64,000 nucleotides of DNA from Desulfomonilia bacterium. Its GTDB lineage: Bacteria > Desulfobacterota > Desulfomonilia > UBA1062. The DNA is taken from contig JBEKDT010000013.1 in the NCBI GenBank assembly GCA_050014195.1, forward strand, positions 85,025-149,024, read 5' to 3'. Positions 41,141 through 51,447 of the stretch are shown one piece after another. Position 1 is the stretch's first letter; every line of letters begins with the position of its first letter. The notes below the pieces were generated by a model. The model had not been told where the DNA came from and made no database searches. It worked only from the letters and a program-made list of their open reading frames with translations. Both the position numbers and the translations under genes were made by a program.

Positions 41141-42151
41141 GTGAAAAAACGCATCGTCATCATAACCTTCATCACATTGCTCCTTGGCGTGAGCGTTCTT
41201 GTGTACTATGCGCAGCAAAGTTCCAAGAATGGGGGGATATACTATTCGGGCACGATCGAGGCCATAGAGTCCAACCTTGCATTTCAGGCTTCAGGACATG
41301 TTATGGTCGTACAGGCCGAGGAGGGCAAAGCCGTCAATAAAGGTCAGGTGCTTGCAGAGCTTGACAACGCAGAGTTCCAGTCAAGACTTGAGCAGGCAAA
41401 TGCCGGCCTGGACAAGGCAATAAAGGCAAAGGAGCAGGTTGAGGAACTTCTTGGTATCTATACCGATACGCTGCCGGAGGATGTCAAACGGGCCGAGGCC
41501 GATGTAGCTGTGGCACGGAACACAATGCTCGATGCACAGAAGAATAATATCAGATTCGAAGATCTGTTTAAGAAAGGCGTTATTGCAGAACAAGAACGGG
41601 ATACCATAAGACTCGGTTTTGAAAATGCGCAATCAAAACTGAATGAATCCGAGGCGGCCCTGAAACAGGCAAAGAGCAACCTCAAAAAGATCGATACGAC
41701 AAAGAAGGATATCGAGTCTGCACAGGCTGCCATCGATCTTGCCAAGGCAACCCTCGACCAGGCGCGGATCCAACTTGGCTACACAAAGCTTATAGCGCCG
41801 TATTCAGGCATAATCACCAGCAGGAATGTTGAGCCCGGTGAGGTGGTAAGCCCCGGCAGGGAGGTTATTACCATGTCGGACCTCTCCAGGGTAGACCTGA
41901 AGATCTTCGTCGATGAGACCGATATCGCCAAGGTTAAGCCCGGAGGCAAGGTAGAGGTGAAGGTCGATACCTTCAAAGACAAGGTATTTACCGGGTGGGT
42001 CTCCTATGTCTCTCCTGACGCCGAATTCACACCTAAAATTATCCAGACGAAAAAGGAACGGGTGAAGCTCGTTTACCTTGTGAAGGTCTCCGTGCTCAAC
42101 CCTGATCATGAGCTGAAGACAGGGATGCCTGCCGATGCCTACCTTAAATAA
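41141..42151 (+). CDS. HlyD-family membrane fusion protein (YbhG-like)
   Basis: N-terminal TM, SGTIEA, coiled coil, AEFTPK, LKTGMPAD. Confidence 0.9.
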   Translation: MKKRIVIITFITLLLGVSVLVYYAQQSSKNGGIYYSGTIEAIESNLAFQASGHVMVVQAEEGKAVNKGQVLAELDNAEFQSRLEQANAGLDKAIKAKEQVEELLGIYTDTLPEDVKRAEADVAVARNTMLDAQKNNIRFEDLFKKGVIAEQERDTIRLGFENAQSKLNESEAALKQAKSNLKKIDTTKKDIESAQAAIDLAKATLDQARIQLGYTKLIAPYSGIITSRNVEPGEVVSPGREVITMSDLSRVDLKIFVDETDIAKVKPGGKVEVKVDTFKDKVFTGWVSYVSPDAEFTPKIIQTKKERVKLVYLVKVSVLNPDHELKTGMPADAYLK

Positions 42152-42899
42152 CGATTTTATCAAGCTGGAAAATGTTTCCATGACCTTTGGGCAGACCCAG
42201 GCTGTCAGGGATGTAAATCTGAGTGTAGCCAAGGGGACCATCTTCGGACTCGTGGGGTCTGACGGGGCCGGCAAGTCGACGCTGCTCAGGATGATCGCCA
42301 CCATGATCAGGCCCGGTTCGGGCACTATTTCCATCGGCGGCAACGACGTTGTGGACCAGCGATGGAAGATCAAACCGCTCATCGGCTACATGCCCCAGCG
42401 CTTCGGACTCTACCAGGACCTGAGTGTGGAAGAGAACATGGACTTTTTCATGGATATCTTCGGTATCAGGGGCAAGGAGAGGGCCAAGAGAAAAGAGAAG
42501 TATCTCGGATTTTCCAATCTGCTCCCCTACCTCGATCGCCTATCGGGTAACCTCTCGGGGGGCATGAAGCAGAAGCTGGGCCTTGCATGCGTCCTCGCAC
42601 ACGAGCCCGAGGCTCTGATACTCGATGAGCCCACCAATGGGGTGGACCCGGTATCGCGCAAGGAATTCTGGGACATTCTCCTGCAGATGAAATCCGAGGG
42701 CATGACCATCATGGTCTCTACCGCATATCTTGATGAAGGTGAGAAATGCGACCTGCTCGGACTCATGCACAAGTCCCACCTCCTTGCCGTTGCAACCCCT
42801 AAGGATATCCGCGCAAGGTTCGCGAACCTGGAAGAGGCCATGATTGCGCGTATCCAGGATGTGGACAAGGAACTCATCCATGACACGTTCAAACGATGA
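42135..42899 (+). CDS. ABC transporter ATP-binding protein
   Basis: GSDGAGKS, LSGGMKQ, ILDEPT. Confidence 0.92.
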   Translation: MPTLNNDFIKLENVSMTFGQTQAVRDVNLSVAKGTIFGLVGSDGAGKSTLLRMIATMIRPGSGTISIGGNDVVDQRWKIKPLIGYMPQRFGLYQDLSVEENMDFFMDIFGIRGKERAKRKEKYLGFSNLLPYLDRLSGNLSGGMKQKLGLACVLAHEPEALILDEPTNGVDPVSRKEFWDILLQMKSEGMTIMVSTAYLDEGEKCDLLGLMHKSHLLAVATPKDIRARFANLEEAMIARIQDVDKELIHDTFKR

Positions 42900-43635
42900 C
42901 GTGATCCTTGTGAAGGACCTTGAGAAGAGGTTCGGCGACTTTGTCGCAGTGAACAGGATTTCCTTCTCGGTGAAGAAAGGAGAGATATTCGGTTTTCTCG
43001 GCTCCAATGGGAGCGGGAAGTCCACTACTATCCGTATGCTCTGCGGTATTATCTCACCTACCTCAGGCCAGGGTTTTGTTGCCGGGCACGACATCATATC
43101 TCAAGCCGAGGATATCAAACGCTCCATCGGTTATATGTCCCAGAAGTTCTCCCTGTATGAAGACCTTACCCCATTTGAGAACATCCGTTTCTACCTGGGG
43201 CTTTACAGTGTTCCGGAGCAGCAATGGAAAGGGCGCATGGAATGGATCCTGGACATGGCCCAGCTTCACGATGTGAAGAACCGCATAACCAGAGACCTTC
43301 CGCAGGGATGGAGGCAGCGGCTTGCTCTGGGATGCGCTTTGCTCCACAAACCGGATATTCTTTTTCTCGACGAGCCGACATCCGGTGTTGACCCCATAAC
43401 CCGGAGGCACTTCTGGGATTTCATCCGGGACCTTGCAACCCAGGGTATAACGGTCTTTGTAACCACACATTACATGGATGAGGCACTGAATTGCGGAAGG
43501 ATCGTGATGATCAACCTGGGCACCATTGTGGCCCAAGGCAGCCCGTCCGAGATCATCGAACAGGTATGCCCCGATGAGCCCGATGCGAACCTCAACGATG
43601 CCTTTATCTCTCTCATGTCAAGGGGCGGGTCATGA
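42880..43635 (+). CDS. ABC transporter ATP-binding protein
   Basis: GSNGSGKS, LPQGWRQR, FLDEPTSG, TTHYMDEA. Confidence 0.92.
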   Translation: MTRSNDDVILVKDLEKRFGDFVAVNRISFSVKKGEIFGFLGSNGSGKSTTIRMLCGIISPTSGQGFVAGHDIISQAEDIKRSIGYMSQKFSLYEDLTPFENIRFYLGLYSVPEQQWKGRMEWILDMAQLHDVKNRITRDLPQGWRQRLALGCALLHKPDILFLDEPTSGVDPITRRHFWDFIRDLATQGITVFVTTHYMDEALNCGRIVMINLGTIVAQGSPSEIIEQVCPDEPDANLNDAFISLMSRGGS

Positions 43636-44765
43636 GCATCAGAAAGATCAAGGCCGTTATGAAAAAGGAATTCTACCACCTCATCAGAGACCCGAGGAGC
43701 CTCATCCTCGCCTTCATCATCCCCTTATGTCTCATCCTGCTGTTCGGCTATGCCTTGAGCCTTGATGTGAACAATGTCGGAACCGTTGTAGTCGATTATG
43801 ATCATAGTGATGTAAGCCGTGACCTCATCATCCACCTGGGTGCCTCGCCATATTTCCATGTGGAGGGCTACGTAAGGGATGCAGCGCAGGTGACGGAATA
43901 CCTTGACCATGGATACACTTCCGTTGGAGTGATCATCCCTCCTGACTTTTCACGGAATCTCAGGTCCGACCGGGAGGCCCCCATCCAGGTCCTGATGGAC
44001 GGCAGCGACCCCAACTTCTCGAATATCACCCGCGGGTATGTCGATGCCTTTATACAGGGGTACAACCAGAAACTCCTTACGCAGTTTCTGAACAGGAACG
44101 GCATGGAGAGCATTAAGCCTCCGGTTGAGGGCCGCATAAGGGTCTGGTTCAACGAGGACTTGGAGAGCAGACAATTCATTATCCCCGGCATCATAGCCGT
44201 CATCATCATGATCGTGGGCGCAATACTCACATCACTTGTGATTGCGAGGGAGTATGAGAACGGAACCATGGAGACAATCAAATCGCTTCCTATAAATGCC
44301 GGTGAGCTGCTCATGGGAAAGGCCATACCTTATTTTTTTATCGCACTCACCGATGTCCTCATATCCGTGTTCCTCGGGCAGATACTCTTCGGCGTGGTTA
44401 TGAAGGCAAGTTTCTGGATCATGATTCTTGCATCGTCTCTCTATATCTTTGTGGCGCTTGCACTCGGACTTCTGATATCCACTGTCACGAAGTCACAGCT
44501 CTTGGCAAACCAGGGCGCCATCCTGATCACCTATCTTCCATCGTTTCTCCTTTCAAACTTCGTTTTCCCTATAACGAACATGCCCAAGGTCCTCCAGTTT
44601 GTCACATACATCGTCCCTGCCACATACTATATTAACATACTAAGCGGCATCTACCTTAAGGACCTTGGATTGACTGATCTCTGGCCAAGCTTTGTGGTTC
44701 TGGTGTTCATGTTCTTACTCCTTACAACGGTTAATATGATTCTGCTCAAGAAGGAGGGTCTGTGA
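43632..44765 (+). CDS. ABC-2 permease (YbhS-like)
   Basis: KEF..LIRD, WFNEDL, PGII, REYENGTME, six TMs. Confidence 0.9.
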   Translation: MSIRKIKAVMKKEFYHLIRDPRSLILAFIIPLCLILLFGYALSLDVNNVGTVVVDYDHSDVSRDLIIHLGASPYFHVEGYVRDAAQVTEYLDHGYTSVGVIIPPDFSRNLRSDREAPIQVLMDGSDPNFSNITRGYVDAFIQGYNQKLLTQFLNRNGMESIKPPVEGRIRVWFNEDLESRQFIIPGIIAVIIMIVGAILTSLVIAREYENGTMETIKSLPINAGELLMGKAIPYFFIALTDVLISVFLGQILFGVVMKASFWIMILASSLYIFVALALGLLISTVTKSQLLANQGAILITYLPSFLLSNFVFPITNMPKVLQFVTYIVPATYYINILSGIYLKDLGLTDLWPSFVVLVFMFLLLTTVNMILLKKEGL

Positions 44766-45883
44766 GCTGGCTGAGAATCAGGGAGCTTGTGCGCAAGGAA
44801 TTCATCGTCCTGTTCAGGGACGAGAGGAACAGGCACGTGCTGGTCGTGGCCCCCATCATCATGCTCCTACTCTTTGGCTATGTCGTCAACTATGACATCA
44901 AGAACATCCGGGTGGCCCTCATCGACCAGGCCCATACAAGCGAGAGCAGGAAGTTCATCGAATCTATCTATGGCAATAAGATTTTCCGGATCACCAGCTA
45001 CCTTCAGGACTCTAAAGAGCTTGAACAACTGCTCCTGATGGGCAAGGTGGACCTCGGCATCAAGATCGCGCCTGACATGGGGAGTCGTATCAGGAAGGGT
45101 GAGACTGCAGCAGTGGAGATCCTGGCGGATGGGAGCATGAGCAACATGGCATCCATCAGGATCGCCTACACCATGCTCATACTCGAAACATTCAATCAGA
45201 ATTTGATCAAAGAGATCAAAGGCCGTGATGTAAATTACGGCCGTATCGATGCCCGGATCAGGACATGGTACAACCCCAACCTTGACAGCCAGCACTTTTT
45301 TATCCCGGGGATCGTGGCCTTTGTGGTCATGCTCATCTCCCTGCTTTTGACATCCATCGCGGTCATCAAGGAGAGAGAACAGGGCACCATGGAGCAGCTT
45401 ATCGTTTCTCCACTGAAGCCCATAGAACTCATCATGGGAAAGACCATCCCCTACATCGTTATCTCTCTGATCCAGATGATCGTTGTCACCATCATCGCCA
45501 AGTTCTGGTTCAGCATCCCCATTGCAGGCAGCCTGGTGCTGCTTTTCTTTGCCACCTGTCTTTTCCTTCTGAGCACACTAGGGGTAGGTCTCTTCATCTC
45601 TACGGTCTCTTCCACCCAGCAGCAGGCCGTGATGACGACATTTTTTTTCATCCTGCCGTTCTTCATGCTCTCCGGATTTGTGTTTCCCATCGCCAACATG
45701 CCCATAGTAGTCCAATGGCTCACCTACCTGAACCCTTTGCGGTATTTTCTCGTGATCATCAGGGGTATCTTTCTGAAGGGTGTGGGGCTCCATGTCCTCT
45801 GGCCGCAGTATCTCGCGCTGGTGATCCTGGGACTTATTCTCTTTGCCGGGGCTATCGGAAGGTTCCACAAACGACTCGACTGA
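44762..45883 (+). CDS. ABC-2 permease (YbhR-like)
   Basis: KEF, WYNPNL, KEREQGTMEQL, LSGFVFPI. Confidence 0.9.
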   Translation: MSWLRIRELVRKEFIVLFRDERNRHVLVVAPIIMLLLFGYVVNYDIKNIRVALIDQAHTSESRKFIESIYGNKIFRITSYLQDSKELEQLLLMGKVDLGIKIAPDMGSRIRKGETAAVEILADGSMSNMASIRIAYTMLILETFNQNLIKEIKGRDVNYGRIDARIRTWYNPNLDSQHFFIPGIVAFVVMLISLLLTSIAVIKEREQGTMEQLIVSPLKPIELIMGKTIPYIVISLIQMIVVTIIAKFWFSIPIAGSLVLLFFATCLFLLSTLGVGLFISTVSSTQQQAVMTTFFFILPFFMLSGFVFPIANMPIVVQWLTYLNPLRYFLVIIRGIFLKGVGLHVLWPQYLALVILGLILFAGAIGRFHKRLD

Positions 45884-46020
45884 TAAATGATGAGTGAGTA
45901 AAGTGAGTATAATCTGCCCAAGAGCAATAAAGTTCTATTTAAAAGGAATAATATTTCACTTACTTATTATATTACATAACGCTCTTCATCCAACTGGCTG
46001 AAACCACAATATATGCCCTA

Positions 46021-46036
46021 TGGTATATAATTTGCA
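46021..46036 (+). promoter_or_regulatory. Putative sigma54 (-24/-12) promoter
   Basis: TGGTATATAATTTGCA matches TGGYAY-N5-TTGCW about 65 nt before the likely start. Confidence 0.55.
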
Positions 46037-46102
46037 TTTAATTCAGTCTGATAAGAACGATAATTTGTTATGTTTTTTTATAGTTGTGACGGAGGCTTTG
46101 TT

Positions 46103-46687
46103 GTGAAGAAGGTCATGACACTTGTTCTAATACTATTATCACCCCTTTCTCTCTGTGCAATGAGATTGCTTTCTGAATCCGATCTATCCAATGTTAACAA
46201 CCCTCTCAGCTTGAGCATCAATCTAAATCAGACACCCGGCATCAACAAGAGCGCAAGAGCTCTCGATGATTCCGGCGGTGTCAGCAACTTCTTACTCAAC
46301 TCCATCGACCCGGTGAGTAATTATGACATCCAATATGAAAACGGCGTCGAGACCATAGAACTCCAAGAAACTCGTAAACACCTCTCCCCCTTATCTTTGA
46401 TATGGGGTAATGGTATGTTTAAAGATCTTCAATTCTATCTGATTGATCCGGTTACCGGAAAAAGTTATACGACAATAATCTCTGGTGAAGACACTCAGAC
46501 AACCTATAGTAATCCTCAGGTTGAAAATACACACACCATGGCATATCCAATTGATTACACAACGAATTTAAATAATTCTTATAGATATATAATAATGGAT
46601 GGTAATATTGAAATGCGTGACACCTATAGAAGTCCAACTACAACCATCATCAACGCTGGGAGCTGGGTAGACATCAAGACTCATTAA
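46103..46687 (+). CDS. Hypothetical secreted protein
   Basis: GGAGG then GTG 46103; signal peptide, then AMRLLSESDLSNV; ends SWVDIKTH. Confidence 0.6.
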   Translation: MKKVMTLVLILLSPLSLCAMRLLSESDLSNVNNPLSLSINLNQTPGINKSARALDDSGGVSNFLLNSIDPVSNYDIQYENGVETIELQETRKHLSPLSLIWGNGMFKDLQFYLIDPVTGKSYTTIISGEDTQTTYSNPQVENTHTMAYPIDYTTNLNNSYRYIIMDGNIEMRDTYRSPTTTIINAGSWVDIKTH

Positions 46688-46811
46688 TGCATGACCTTAT
46701 ATGTATTGATGGCATACAATCTAAAAGACTTAAAAAACAAACCTTTCATGGCCGATAAAGAGGATTGGAATATTTGCGTATCTACCGTGTAATTGCATCA
46801 TATGCATAATA

Positions 46812-46847
46812 TCTTCCGGCATAGGCCGAAATACCTATGTCAGAAGA
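46812..46847. terminator. Hairpin between convergent genes
   Basis: TCTTCCGGCATAGG-8 nt-CCTATGTCAGAAGA imperfect 14-bp stem. Confidence 0.5.
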
Positions 46848-46868
46848 AGTTATGACCCATAAGCTTTT

Positions 46869-47318
46869 CTATTCCCTGACCACCATGACAGGAGACGTTG
46901 CAGCGCGAACAACCTTGTCGGTGACACTCCCGATGAGATGTTTCATGATGCCTTTCCGGCCATGAGATCCGATGATGATCAAGTCTGTCCCCGTCCTAAG
47001 CTGCTCATCCAAGATAACCTCTGCAGGAGCCCCTTTTTTGAGGTCAAAATCGATCTCAACGTGCTTTGATCCCCTTAATGCATCGGCTTCCTGTGTAAGC
47101 CTTTCACTTGATCTCTTCAAACTTTCTTCTTCAAGTCTTGCGACATCCTCACTGTTGAGACAGTAATCTACTGCGCACTGCTGTACTTTCTCGTCAACGA
47201 CATGGAGGAGAATGACCTTTGCGTTATATTTTTCCGCTAAATCCACAGCCTTTTCCAATGCCCTATCCGAGGATTTTGAAAAATCTGTCGGGACAAGTAT
47301 TGTTTTCGGGGTAAACAT
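46869..47318 (-). CDS. Universal stress protein (UspA family)
   Basis: ILVPTDFS, LLHV, DLIIIGSHGRKG...IGSVTDKVVR. Confidence 0.93.
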   Translation of the reverse strand: MFTPKTILVPTDFSKSSDRALEKAVDLAEKYNAKVILLHVVDEKVQQCAVDYCLNSEDVARLEEESLKRSSERLTQEADALRGSKHVEIDFDLKKGAPAEVILDEQLRTGTDLIIIGSHGRKGIMKHLIGSVTDKVVRAATSPVMVVRE

Positions 47319-47601
47319 TGTTACCTTCCTTTCTTTGAGTGGATACCTTCTTTGATATCCACTCCTTTTATAACCCTTTAACCTGTCTCCAACCGTTCCT
47401 ATATCGTATTTATCTTATTTATTTTATGATGTTCCGGCACAATGATTCGATTCATTCAAGAAAGTGTGCCCAACAGCCTCGCCTATTAATAGTAAACGGT
47501 TCAGGTAAGACAAGGGGTATCCCTTATCTTTCTTGCAATTTGGACATTAAGGATTAACATGATTATCACATGTTACCATGATTCGATCAGGAGGAGCAAA
47601 G

Positions 47602-50034
47602 ATGTCAGGCAAGGTACCACTTTCAAGATTACGATGCGTCTGTGATCCCAAGGTGTTCGGATGTATGAACAGCAGAGATGCCAAGCCCCTGCAGTCTATC
47701 CTTGGACAGGTGAGGGCCTTGAAGGCCCTCGAATTCGGGCTCAATATCAGGAACAAGGGCTTTAACATCTATGTATCGGGATATGCCGGTTCCGGAAGAA
47801 AGACCGCCCTGCGGCACTACATCAAAGAGCTCGCCAAAGACCAGCCGACACCTCCTGACTGGTGTTATGTAAACAACTTCAAAGATGCATACCGGCCGGA
47901 TGCCATATCCATGCCCGCCGGCATGGCAAGGGAATTTGCCCGTGACGTGGATGAGTTCGTAAGGGCGGCGCGCAAGGAGATCGTCAAGGCCTTTGAGAGT
48001 GAAGAATATGCCGTCAGAAGAAACAACACGGTCAAAAAGTTCCAGGAGCAGCGCGAAGAGGCCTACAACAAGATCAATGAGGACGCCCATAAAAAGGGTC
48101 TGCTTATCCAGCCTACGCCTATGGGCCTTATTGCAATCCCCATCATAGATGATAAGCCCATTACCGAGGAAGAATTCCGCCAATTGGATAAAAAGACCAG
48201 GGATGCCATCACCAGGAAGCAGGCAAGGCTCCAGGAACAGCTCAAGAAATCCGGCCGCCAGATGTCGGCCCTTGAGAAGAAGACGAATGACATGATCGTA
48301 AAGCTCGACCGGGATGTAGCCTCGTATACGCTAAGCATATTACTGGAAGATATCGAAGAAAAGTACAAAGATATACCCGAGATTCGTACCTTCCTTGGTG
48401 AGATGAAGGACGACATGCTGGAAAACCTGTCATTGTTCCGGGGAGACGATCAAAAGCGGCAGGACCGGCCCGAATTTCCCTTTGCCGCCAATGACGAGCT
48501 CAAGTTTCGGAAATACAAGGTAAACGTATTCGTTGACAATTCCAAGCTCAAGGGTGCGCCCATCGTCATGGAGCTGAACCCCAACTATAACAACCTCTTC
48601 GGACGGATAGAGAAAGAGGCGCTCTTTGGTGCGCTGCTGACTGATTTCACCATGATCAGGGCAGGCTCGGTTCATCAGGCATGCGGGGGCTACCTTATCC
48701 TGCCCGTGGAAGATGTCCTTATAAACGCCTTCTCATGGGAGAGCCTGAAAAGGGCCATCCGCAACCGTGAGATCCGTATTGAGGATGCAGGAGATCGTCT
48801 GGGTTTCATGACCACCAGGAGCATCATGCCCGAACCTATCCCGTGGGATATCAAGGTCATCCTCATCGGCACACCGTATCTTTACTACCGGCTCTATGAG
48901 CTCGATGAGGATTTCCAGGACCTCTTCAAGGTGAAAGCCGACTTCGATACGGTTATGGAACGAAGCGATGAGAATATGAGAAGCTATGTCTCATTCCTCT
49001 GCAACCTCTGCGAGGAGGAAAACCTGCTCCACTTCGACAAGAATGCCATCGCAAAGGTCGTCGAGCACAGTTGCAGGCTTGCATCCGACCAGGAGAAACT
49101 CTCCACGCGTTTCGGTGAGCTCGCCAATGTGATCCGCGAGGCAAGCTTTTATGCATCCAAAGAAAACGCAACCCTAGTTCAGGAAAAGCATGTAAAGCAG
49201 GCTATCGAGGAACGTTTCCTCCGGTCGAACCTCCTCATGGAAAAGGCCAAGGAGATGATCGGCCAGGGTGCCATCAAGATCGATGTGGATGGCGGGAAGG
49301 TCGGGCAGGTGAACGGGCTCTCCGTCATCGACCTGGGAGATATCATGTTCGGAAGACCCAGCAGGATCACCGCCAGCACCGAACCCGGCCGCGACGGTCT
49401 TATAGACATCGAGCGCGAGGCCAAGCTCGGGGGCCCCATCCACACCAAGGGTGTCATGATCCTTTCGGGATATCTGGCCCATACCTATGCACAGGACAAG
49501 CCCATCAGCCTGTCCGCCCGGCTGGTGTTCGAGCAGAGCTACTCCGGGGTGGAGGGCGACTCTGCCTCATCCACAGAGCTCTATGCGCTCTTGTCCGCAC
49601 TGTCAGGCAAGCCTATCAAACAGGGTATCGCTGTAACCGGCTCGGTAAACCAGAAGGGCGAAGTGCAGGCCATCGGCGGTGTTAATGAGAAGATCGAGGG
49701 CTTCTTTGATGTCTGCAAGGTAAAGGGGATCACCGGCAGCCAGGGGGTGATCATACCTGAAAGCAATGTGAGAAACCTCATGCTCAAGGATGAAGTTATC
49801 AAGGCGATAAAGTCGGGAAAGTTCACCATCTGGAGCGTGGAGAACATTGACGACGGCATCGAGATCCTCACCGGCGTAAAGGCCGGCAAGAGACTAAAAA
49901 ATGACAGCTTTGAACGGGGAACGATACATGATCTCGTGGATAAAGAACTTCGAAACCTCAGTGAAACCTGGATGAGCTTTGCAGAGAACCACGGGGAAAA
50001 GGGTGCGGGCAAGAAGAGGGCTAAACGGGCTTAA
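47602..50034 (+). CDS. Lon-like AAA protease, LonC type
   Basis: GQVRA, degenerate Walker A GYAGSGRK, coiled-coil insert, GQVNGL, EGDSAS (catalytic Ser), NEKIEGF (catalytic Lys). Confidence 0.88.
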   Translation: MSGKVPLSRLRCVCDPKVFGCMNSRDAKPLQSILGQVRALKALEFGLNIRNKGFNIYVSGYAGSGRKTALRHYIKELAKDQPTPPDWCYVNNFKDAYRPDAISMPAGMAREFARDVDEFVRAARKEIVKAFESEEYAVRRNNTVKKFQEQREEAYNKINEDAHKKGLLIQPTPMGLIAIPIIDDKPITEEEFRQLDKKTRDAITRKQARLQEQLKKSGRQMSALEKKTNDMIVKLDRDVASYTLSILLEDIEEKYKDIPEIRTFLGEMKDDMLENLSLFRGDDQKRQDRPEFPFAANDELKFRKYKVNVFVDNSKLKGAPIVMELNPNYNNLFGRIEKEALFGALLTDFTMIRAGSVHQACGGYLILPVEDVLINAFSWESLKRAIRNREIRIEDAGDRLGFMTTRSIMPEPIPWDIKVILIGTPYLYYRLYELDEDFQDLFKVKADFDTVMERSDENMRSYVSFLCNLCEEENLLHFDKNAIAKVVEHSCRLASDQEKLSTRFGELANVIREASFYASKENATLVQEKHVKQAIEERFLRSNLLMEKAKEMIGQGAIKIDVDGGKVGQVNGLSVIDLGDIMFGRPSRITASTEPGRDGLIDIEREAKLGGPIHTKGVMILSGYLAHTYAQDKPISLSARLVFEQSYSGVEGDSASSTELYALLSALSGKPIKQGIAVTGSVNQKGEVQAIGGVNEKIEGFFDVCKVKGITGSQGVIIPESNVRNLMLKDEVIKAIKSGKFTIWSVENIDDGIEILTGVKAGKRLKNDSFERGTIHDLVDKELRNLSETWMSFAENHGEKGAGKKRAKRA

Positions 50035-50143
50035 AAAGCCGGAGGGCACAAATAAAAGTAAATAGTGATCAGAAATAACAAGTGAATAGGGGAGAAGCAA
50101 TCATTCATCCCATGACCAGTGTCAATCTATAAGGAGATTACTC

Positions 50144-51418
50144 ATGTATGACTTTCTGCTCACACCTGAAGAACAGGAGATAAGAGACCTTGCAAGGAAG
50201 TTTGTCCGCGAGGAGGTAGAGAGCGAATTCTTAAGGAGGATGGATAGAGATGAGATCATCTACCCCCGCGAGTTTGTGGAAAAACTTGCCCGGTACAACT
50301 TGCGAGGAATCAGATTTCCCAAGAAGTATGGCGGCAGGGAGATGAGCTGGGTCGCCGAGGTGGCTGCTGAGGAAGAGATCGGGTGCTTGGGCATGGCACT
50401 TGGGTGCGCCTTTGTCATGCCTTCCATAGTGGGCGAGGCCCTCAACCGGTTCGGCACTGATGATCAGAAAGAGCGTTATCTCAAGCCCTACCTCAAAGGC
50501 AAGCTCGTTGCAGCCGAGGCATTGACGGAACCCAGGGGCGGCTCCGACTTCTTCGGGGCTACTACCAAGGCTGTTCTCGAAGGGGATCATTTTGTGGTCA
50601 ACGGCCAGAAGCGCTTTGTGGTAGGCGCAGAGGGATCGGACTTCTTTCTTGTCTACTGCAGGACAAACTTCGATCCGGACTCCCATAAGTATGGGCGTAT
50701 CAGCCTCCTTCTCATTGACAATGGTCCCGGGGTGGAGACGGAATATCATTATGGGCTCATGGGCTGCCGCGGGGGCGGTACAGGCAGGCTTGTATTCCGT
50801 AATGTGAAGGTGCCCAGGGAGAACCTCATAGGAGAGCTTAACGGCGGTGCCTTGTGCTTCCACCAGATGATGATCCCCGAGCGTATGACATCGGCGGCAG
50901 GATGCCTCGGCGTGTGGGGAGCCCTTGACATGGCGGTGCGCTATTCCGACAAACGAGCTGCCTTCGGCAAGCTCATTAAGAAGTATCAGGCAGTGAATTT
51001 CATGGTGGCTGACTCCATAACCCAGCTCGATGCCGCCAGGGCTATCACCTACATGGCAGCACGGGCGACGGACAACAATTATCCAAACATGCGCAGGATT
51101 GTGAGCGAGGCCAAGCGGTTCTCCACTGAAGCGGCATGGAATGTGGTGAACAACGCCATGCAGATCATGGGCGGTATCGGCTACACCGATGTCTATCCCC
51201 TTGAGCGTGCGCTCCGCGATGTGCGACTGGCGCTCATCTGGACCGGCACGAGCCAGATCATGAACCTCATGATCCAGCATGAGTACTACGATGAAGTTCT
51301 GATCCAGCCCTACGACCGCAGGCACTTGGAAAAAGACGCCATGCACCCGGATGAGAGCGAGCGATGTTACACGGACGAGGATATGTGGGCCGTACACGAC
51401 GGCAAGGTCGTCAAATAG
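50144..51418 (+). CDS. Acyl-CoA dehydrogenase
   Basis: ALTEPRGGSD, VNGQKRF, RAAFGK, AMQIMGGIGY, IWTGTSQI. Confidence 0.92.
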   Translation: MYDFLLTPEEQEIRDLARKFVREEVESEFLRRMDRDEIIYPREFVEKLARYNLRGIRFPKKYGGREMSWVAEVAAEEEIGCLGMALGCAFVMPSIVGEALNRFGTDDQKERYLKPYLKGKLVAAEALTEPRGGSDFFGATTKAVLEGDHFVVNGQKRFVVGAEGSDFFLVYCRTNFDPDSHKYGRISLLLIDNGPGVETEYHYGLMGCRGGGTGRLVFRNVKVPRENLIGELNGGALCFHQMMIPERMTSAAGCLGVWGALDMAVRYSDKRAAFGKLIKKYQAVNFMVADSITQLDAARAITYMAARATDNNYPNMRRIVSEAKRFSTEAAWNVVNNAMQIMGGIGYTDVYPLERALRDVRLALIWTGTSQIMNLMIQHEYYDEVLIQPYDRRHLEKDAMHPDESERCYTDEDMWAVHDGKVVK

Positions 51419-51447
51419 TTTTATCGGAAAGAAGGGGGAACAATACC

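Noticed and set aside
47602-50034. Walker A Lys-to-Arg change as a sign of pseudogenisation
   Set aside because: A degenerate ATPase with an intact Ser-Lys dyad is normal for LonC-type proteases
50231-51397. Long antisense ORF (388 aa) and similar shadow ORFs over etfB, infC, pheT and the ABC genes
   Set aside because: They lie opposite well-conserved genes and are expected from codon bias in GC-rich coding DNA
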